A DNA stretch of 45,809 nucleotides. Source: a phage. The notes beneath the pieces were generated by a model. That model ran no database searches and was not told the origin of the DNA. It saw nothing but the letters and a program-made list of their open reading frames with translations. This document shows positions 42,125-45,809 of the stretch, one piece after another; the first letter of the stretch is position 1, and every line of letters starts with the position of its first letter. A program made the translations under genes and the position numbers. The stretch lies in the NCBI GenBank assembly GCA_024854585.1, contig GCA_024854585.1_4323.1; one strand, 5' to 3'.

Positions 42125-42146
42125 AAAAACCCTCCGAAGAGGGTTT
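42125..42146. terminator. Hairpin aaaaaccctccgaagagggttt
   Basis: After major tail gene; likely attenuating terminator. Confidence 0.5.
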
Positions 42147-42151
42147 GTGTT

Positions 42152-42808
42152 TTAAACTTCAGCCGCCACAGAGGACAGTCGACCACGAATGGATACTGCG
42201 ATGGATACCGTTTCGATTTCGTTAACACCAATGGTAGGCGTGTCGTTGAAAGCGATAGTGCCGGACTGCAAACGCATTTCCTGAGCGCGAGGTACGGACA
42301 GGCGAATCGCAACAACCTGGCCTGACTCATCATAGTTACGCAGAACCGGATAAACCGGGTTAGTGTACTCATGAGCAAAGGTAAATGTGTTAGTTACGGC
42401 AGATTTATAAGTAGGAATCTGCTGTTCACGGTCATCAGAAAGACACTGGAAGTTAACGAACTGCTGTTCGCCGCCATCAGTGGAAACGTCCTGAACACAC
42501 GGAACTTCGAACCATGAAGTAATCTTAACAACTTCACCAGTTAAGCCAGCAGGGAACTTAGTGGTGTTGGAGGTATCAATACCTTCAACTGTTACCGAAG
42601 TGCCAGAAATTACAGTAATTCGTACTTGCTTGTCAGCCAGAAGTGTAGAGGCCGATGAGGTGAAAAGCAGGTAATCACCAACAACCAAGCCAGAGGCGTC
42701 AGATACAGTTAAAACAGGGGTAGCTGCGTTAGAAATTGCAGTTACATCAATTGCAGTTCCGCGAGATCCTTCTACGAAGACCTGCGTGCCATTTGATAAA
42801 TGAGCCAT
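42152..42808 (-). CDS. Major tail protein
   Basis: 218 aa; precedes G/GT chaperones; followed by strong hairpin. Confidence 0.6.
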   Translation of the reverse strand: MAHLSNGTQVFVEGSRGTAIDVTAISNAATPVLTVSDASGLVVGDYLLFTSSASTLLADKQVRITVISGTSVTVEGIDTSNTTKFPAGLTGEVVKITSWFEVPCVQDVSTDGGEQQFVNFQCLSDDREQQIPTYKSAVTNTFTFAHEYTNPVYPVLRNYDESGQVVAIRLSVPRAQEMRLQSGTIAFNDTPTIGVNEIETVSIAVSIRGRLSSVAAEV

Positions 42809-42823
42809 GTATTTTTCCTTTTG

Positions 42824-43225
42824 TTAGTCTAGACGAACATAAAAACGAACCGGGATAAACCACCCAGACTTGGATTTGATAACGGGGTTAACAACTCCAG
42901 ACTCATAAATGGTCCCGCTGTCAAGCATTGTACCATCAACTATAGATTCTGCCAATTTATTAGCGATTTGTCTGGGCTTGTCGATTCCAGTTCCAGGGCT
43001 GAAGAAAACAGAAATCTGCACCATGCCTACGTAGTATTTGCACTTCCTGCTTAATCCGTAGGTTACAGTGTCAACTTCTGTGTAATCGTACTTAAGCCAG
43101 ATTGAGCCATTTGCCGGAGGCGTGAATGCGGCATTCTCCCACGCAACTGGATATCTGACCGGAAATTCACTCACCAGTAAATCATTGACGAATTTCCTTG
43201 CCGCTAATGATAATTCATATTGCAC
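42824..43225 (-). CDS. Tail completion / tail terminator-like protein
   Basis: 133 aa; position immediately before major tail gene. Confidence 0.45.
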   Translation of the reverse strand: MQYELSLAARKFVNDLLVSEFPVRYPVAWENAAFTPPANGSIWLKYDYTEVDTVTYGLSRKCKYYVGMVQISVFFSPGTGIDKPRQIANKLAESIVDGTMLDSGTIYESGVVNPVIKSKSGWFIPVRFYVRLD

Positions 43226-43691
43226 GACGAGCCTCCTCCACCGCTTCCTGGAAATACCTGCCTAACCTTGCCTGAACAACACCTAAAACACCGGCTGGAG
43301 CCTGATTTGATGCGCCATACTCAAGCCCAGCAGCATAATCAAGTCGGTTAGTTATATAAATAACGCTTGTGGCTTTTGAATTAGCAACTGCCCTGGCTTG
43401 TCTGGCGAGATATGTTTTCGTCTGCCCACCAGTCTGATCGTACTCATTCAGTGATTGCTGAGCTGGTGAGTTTGCGGTGATTTGCCAGTTAGCCTTGAAC
43501 CTACCAGTATCGACCGGGGATAAGTCCACAATTGCGTTGGCTGTCTTGGTAACCGTGTTGGCGACTACAATTTCAAACCCCTTATCTGCTCTGTTAATCC
43601 AGTCAGTAATAGATTTCTCAAAAGTAGCCACACTTCCAATATTTCTAGCCATAAGTAGCCACCCTACGAAGAATTGGTCTATATCCAACAA
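43215..43691 (-). CDS. Head-tail joining protein
   Basis: 158 aa; synteny. Confidence 0.4.
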   Translation of the reverse strand: MLDIDQFFVGWLLMARNIGSVATFEKSITDWINRADKGFEIVVANTVTKTANAIVDLSPVDTGRFKANWQITANSPAQQSLNEYDQTGGQTKTYLARQARAVANSKATSVIYITNRLDYAAGLEYGASNQAPAGVLGVVQARLGRYFQEAVEEARRAI

Positions 43692-44028
43692 CTGTACCAG
43701 TTGGCTTCACGGGTCGCGGGTCAACAACAACAAAAGTCTCGCCATCAACTTTAATCTGATAACCCTGCTTGACTTCCACTTGAGCAGTGAAGATTCCACG
43801 CTTGTCACCGAACTGGATAAACTCGCCATCGATATCGCGCGTCTTGATTTCTCGCACCAAGCCTTTTAGCTGAAATGTCTGCGAAGGAACCTCAACCTCA
43901 ACGCCGTTAACGATTTCAACATATCCAGCGCCGGTGCTCATTTCGTAAACGCCATTGGCATCACTAAAGAAGTTAATTCCAGCGCGAGTTATTGATTCGA
44001 TTTCGTTGTAGTTCATCGGCAACCGCAC
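43645..44028 (-). CDS. Head-tail connector / head completion protein
   Basis: 127 aa; synteny. Confidence 0.4.
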   Translation of the reverse strand: MRLPMNYNEIESITRAGINFFSDANGVYEMSTGAGYVEIVNGVEVEVPSQTFQLKGLVREIKTRDIDGEFIQFGDKRGIFTAQVEVKQGYQIKVDGETFVVVDPRPVKPTGTVVGYRPILRRVATYG

Positions 44029-44429
44029 CCACCGCCACCAGCGGAAGTAATCAATCCGAAGCCGCCACCTTTCTTGCGGAGTAGTGCCTTGTACATCCTT
44101 CCGAATTGAGAAGATGATAAGTCGCCAGATGCTGCTGATTGGTTATCATAAGTGATAGAGAATTCACCGCTCAGTACATAGCTTGCCATTCTGCGACTGT
44201 ATGTCTCCAGGCCTTCACTCTCACCCTTAAATGCGCCATCAGCAAGCATCAGGTGTAATGCGTAAAGTCCTACCGCCTTATCTTTGTCTGCGCCAAACTT
44301 GCTTTCGCATACGTAGAGACGTGCCAAATCAATCCATACATTAATTGATTCGTCATCCACCGCTTTGAGCGCAGGAACAAGAGATCGCATAAACGCCAAA
44401 ATTGCATCATTCATATTAGCTCCATACAA
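44013..44429 (-). CDS. Head-tail adaptor-like protein
   Basis: 138 aa; Gly-rich C-terminus with CGCR; synteny. Confidence 0.4.
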   Translation of the reverse strand: MYGANMNDAILAFMRSLVPALKAVDDESINVWIDLARLYVCESKFGADKDKAVGLYALHLMLADGAFKGESEGLETYSRRMASYVLSGEFSITYDNQSAASGDLSSSQFGRMYKALLRKKGGGFGLITSAGGGGCGCR

Positions 44430-44455
44430 TAAAGGACGCCGAAGCGCCCTGTTTG

Positions 44456-44701
44456 TTATTTGTACTCGTTACCAGTCTCAGCCTCGGAGATGGTTTTCGG
44501 TTCTTTGCGCTTTTTCTTGCTAACAACTTCTTGCGCGATTTGTTTGGTTGCTTTGGTGTCACCCTCAATGGTGAGTTTACCCTCTGCGATTAAACGCTTG
44601 AGCCCGTCGCAAATTACATCAACATCGAAAGTGTCACCAGGCAAATATTTCTCACCTTTGTAAACGATAAGGCAAGCTCCAGTGTGTTCTAAACGAATCA
44701 T
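44456..44701 (-). CDS. Small hypothetical structural-module protein
   Basis: 81 aa directly after major capsid gene. Confidence 0.4.
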   Translation of the reverse strand: MIRLEHTGACLIVYKGEKYLPGDTFDVDVICDGLKRLIAEGKLTIEGDTKATKQIAQEVVSKKKRKEPKTISEAETGNEYK

Positions 44702-44764
44702 TTTTGTCTCCTTTTATTAGTTGATGGTTGATTATAACCCAACAAATCCATTAGGTACAGACGT

Positions 44765-44792
44765 AAAAAAGCCCTCATAAGAGGGCGATTTA
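44765..44792. terminator. Hairpin aaaaaagccctcataagagggcgattta
   Basis: Immediately after major capsid gene. Confidence 0.5.
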
Positions 44793-45737
44793 TTACGCGA
44801 AGGTGATGCCTTTGATTACAGCCATCGTCAGAGGGCGATAAACAATCAATCCCGTCGCTTTTGATGTTACAGGATAGCGGAAATGCAGGTCTTTAGGTTG
44901 AGCTGGAAGCACGTTAGTAACCTCTGGAATCTCAATACTCATATTGAGTGGATCCTTCTCAAACGCCAGAGCAGCTTTGCCACCTGCGCCATCGTAGTTA
45001 TCCAGGAACTGCAGATAACGCAGATTGATGCCAGAGTTGTTGGTAGCAAACAGCTGGGCGTAACTGATAGAGGTGTTAGGAACCAGTTCTTGCATCAGGC
45101 GGCGAGCGGAGGCAGGCAGCAAGATATCAGTTGCGGTGTGAGTGCCATTAGTCGCAGTCTCGATTGCATCAATAAGTGCGGTAATATCAGTCATGGCGGC
45201 AGCTGCAGAGCTCCACGCACCACCAGAAACAACGTTGTTGATGTTCGGATGATTGAACACGCTAGGAATTCCGTGCGGTGTAGAGCCTGACCATACCAGT
45301 TTATCCAGCAGGTTATCATGCGCTTCGAATGCAAGAGCCTGTTTGCGAGCCGACAGTGACTGACCAGTTGCCGCACCTGCTTTGATTTCGTCAGTGGAGA
45401 TCAGGAACGCGTTACCAAAGCGGAACACTTTACCCTGTTTCTCGGTCATAAACGCATCAACCAGCGGCAAGTCGTCAGAGTAATCGGCGATAATCTGAGC
45501 AATGCCAACGCCGTCAAATTCTGGATATTCGAAATATTTCGCATGACCAGGGATTTCATTGGTCACAGGGAAGATATTAACAACGGAGTTGTCTGCATAT
45601 TCTTTTTCGTAAGCACGTGCCAGATTGGCGGTCAGTTGCTTAACAGTCCAGATACCAGCGGCATCGGCTTTGTCTACGCCCATTTGCTCGAGGTGAGCGG
45701 TGATTTTTGCTTGTTCTGCATCAAATTTAATGGCCAT
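44793..45737 (-). CDS. Major capsid protein
   Basis: 314 aa; first gene of right-hand structural block, followed by terminator; completes the decoration-to-capsid order if the window is circularly joined. Confidence 0.6.
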   Translation of the reverse strand: MAIKFDAEQAKITAHLEQMGVDKADAAGIWTVKQLTANLARAYEKEYADNSVVNIFPVTNEIPGHAKYFEYPEFDGVGIAQIIADYSDDLPLVDAFMTEKQGKVFRFGNAFLISTDEIKAGAATGQSLSARKQALAFEAHDNLLDKLVWSGSTPHGIPSVFNHPNINNVVSGGAWSSAAAAMTDITALIDAIETATNGTHTATDILLPASARRLMQELVPNTSISYAQLFATNNSGINLRYLQFLDNYDGAGGKAALAFEKDPLNMSIEIPEVTNVLPAQPKDLHFRYPVTSKATGLIVYRPLTMAVIKGITFA

Positions 45738-45809
45738 TCTTTATTGTTCCTTTTCAGTTAGGTGTCTACGGATTCATTATACACGAGTTTTTAGCCCACG
45801 CAATGGTAT

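Overview
The window reads as a complete or near-complete, circularly permuted genome of a virulent T1-like (Drexlerviridae-type) siphovirus of an enterobacterial host; no integrase or CI-type repressor was seen. All calls come from reading the supplied ORF translations and the raw sequence; no database search was run, so every product name is a motif- or synteny-based inference. The minus strand carries a lambda-like morphogenesis module that wraps around the window ends: terminase small and large subunits, portal, protease/scaffold and decoration-like protein at the left (0.04-5.5 kb), and major capsid, connector proteins, major tail, G/GT chaperones with a -1 slippery site, tape measure, M/L/K/I-like proteins and J-like tip protein at the right (32-45.7 kb). 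Other modules: a recombination cluster (PD-(D/E)xK exonuclease, Erf-like annealase, SSB with C-terminal DIPF), SF2 helicase, VRR-NUC nuclease, zinc-ribbon primase, a beta-helix tailspike, and a lysis cassette (holin, SAR endolysin, unimolecular spanin). Also present are three HNH-AP2 homing endonucleases (one broken by an in-frame TAA), one tRNA-Arg(UCU), and many small early genes. The most striking feature is a roughly 20-bp palindrome-containing motif (consensus AAATAGCAC-N5-TGCTAAA in gene orientation) present about 19 times, almost always at a fixed distance upstream of a TATAAT-like hexamer and a conserved GAAACGAGAGG-type leader. Other points worth follow-up: two roughly 600-bp ORF-free divergent regions sharing a 65-bp AT-rich repeat with short direct repeats (candidate origins or regulatory hubs); a 527-aa P-loop-like protein with an internally deleted, inverted paralog; a five-member tandem family of about 70-aa proteins; and two ORFs interrupted by in-frame ochre codons. 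Motif coordinates are good to about +/-2 bp.
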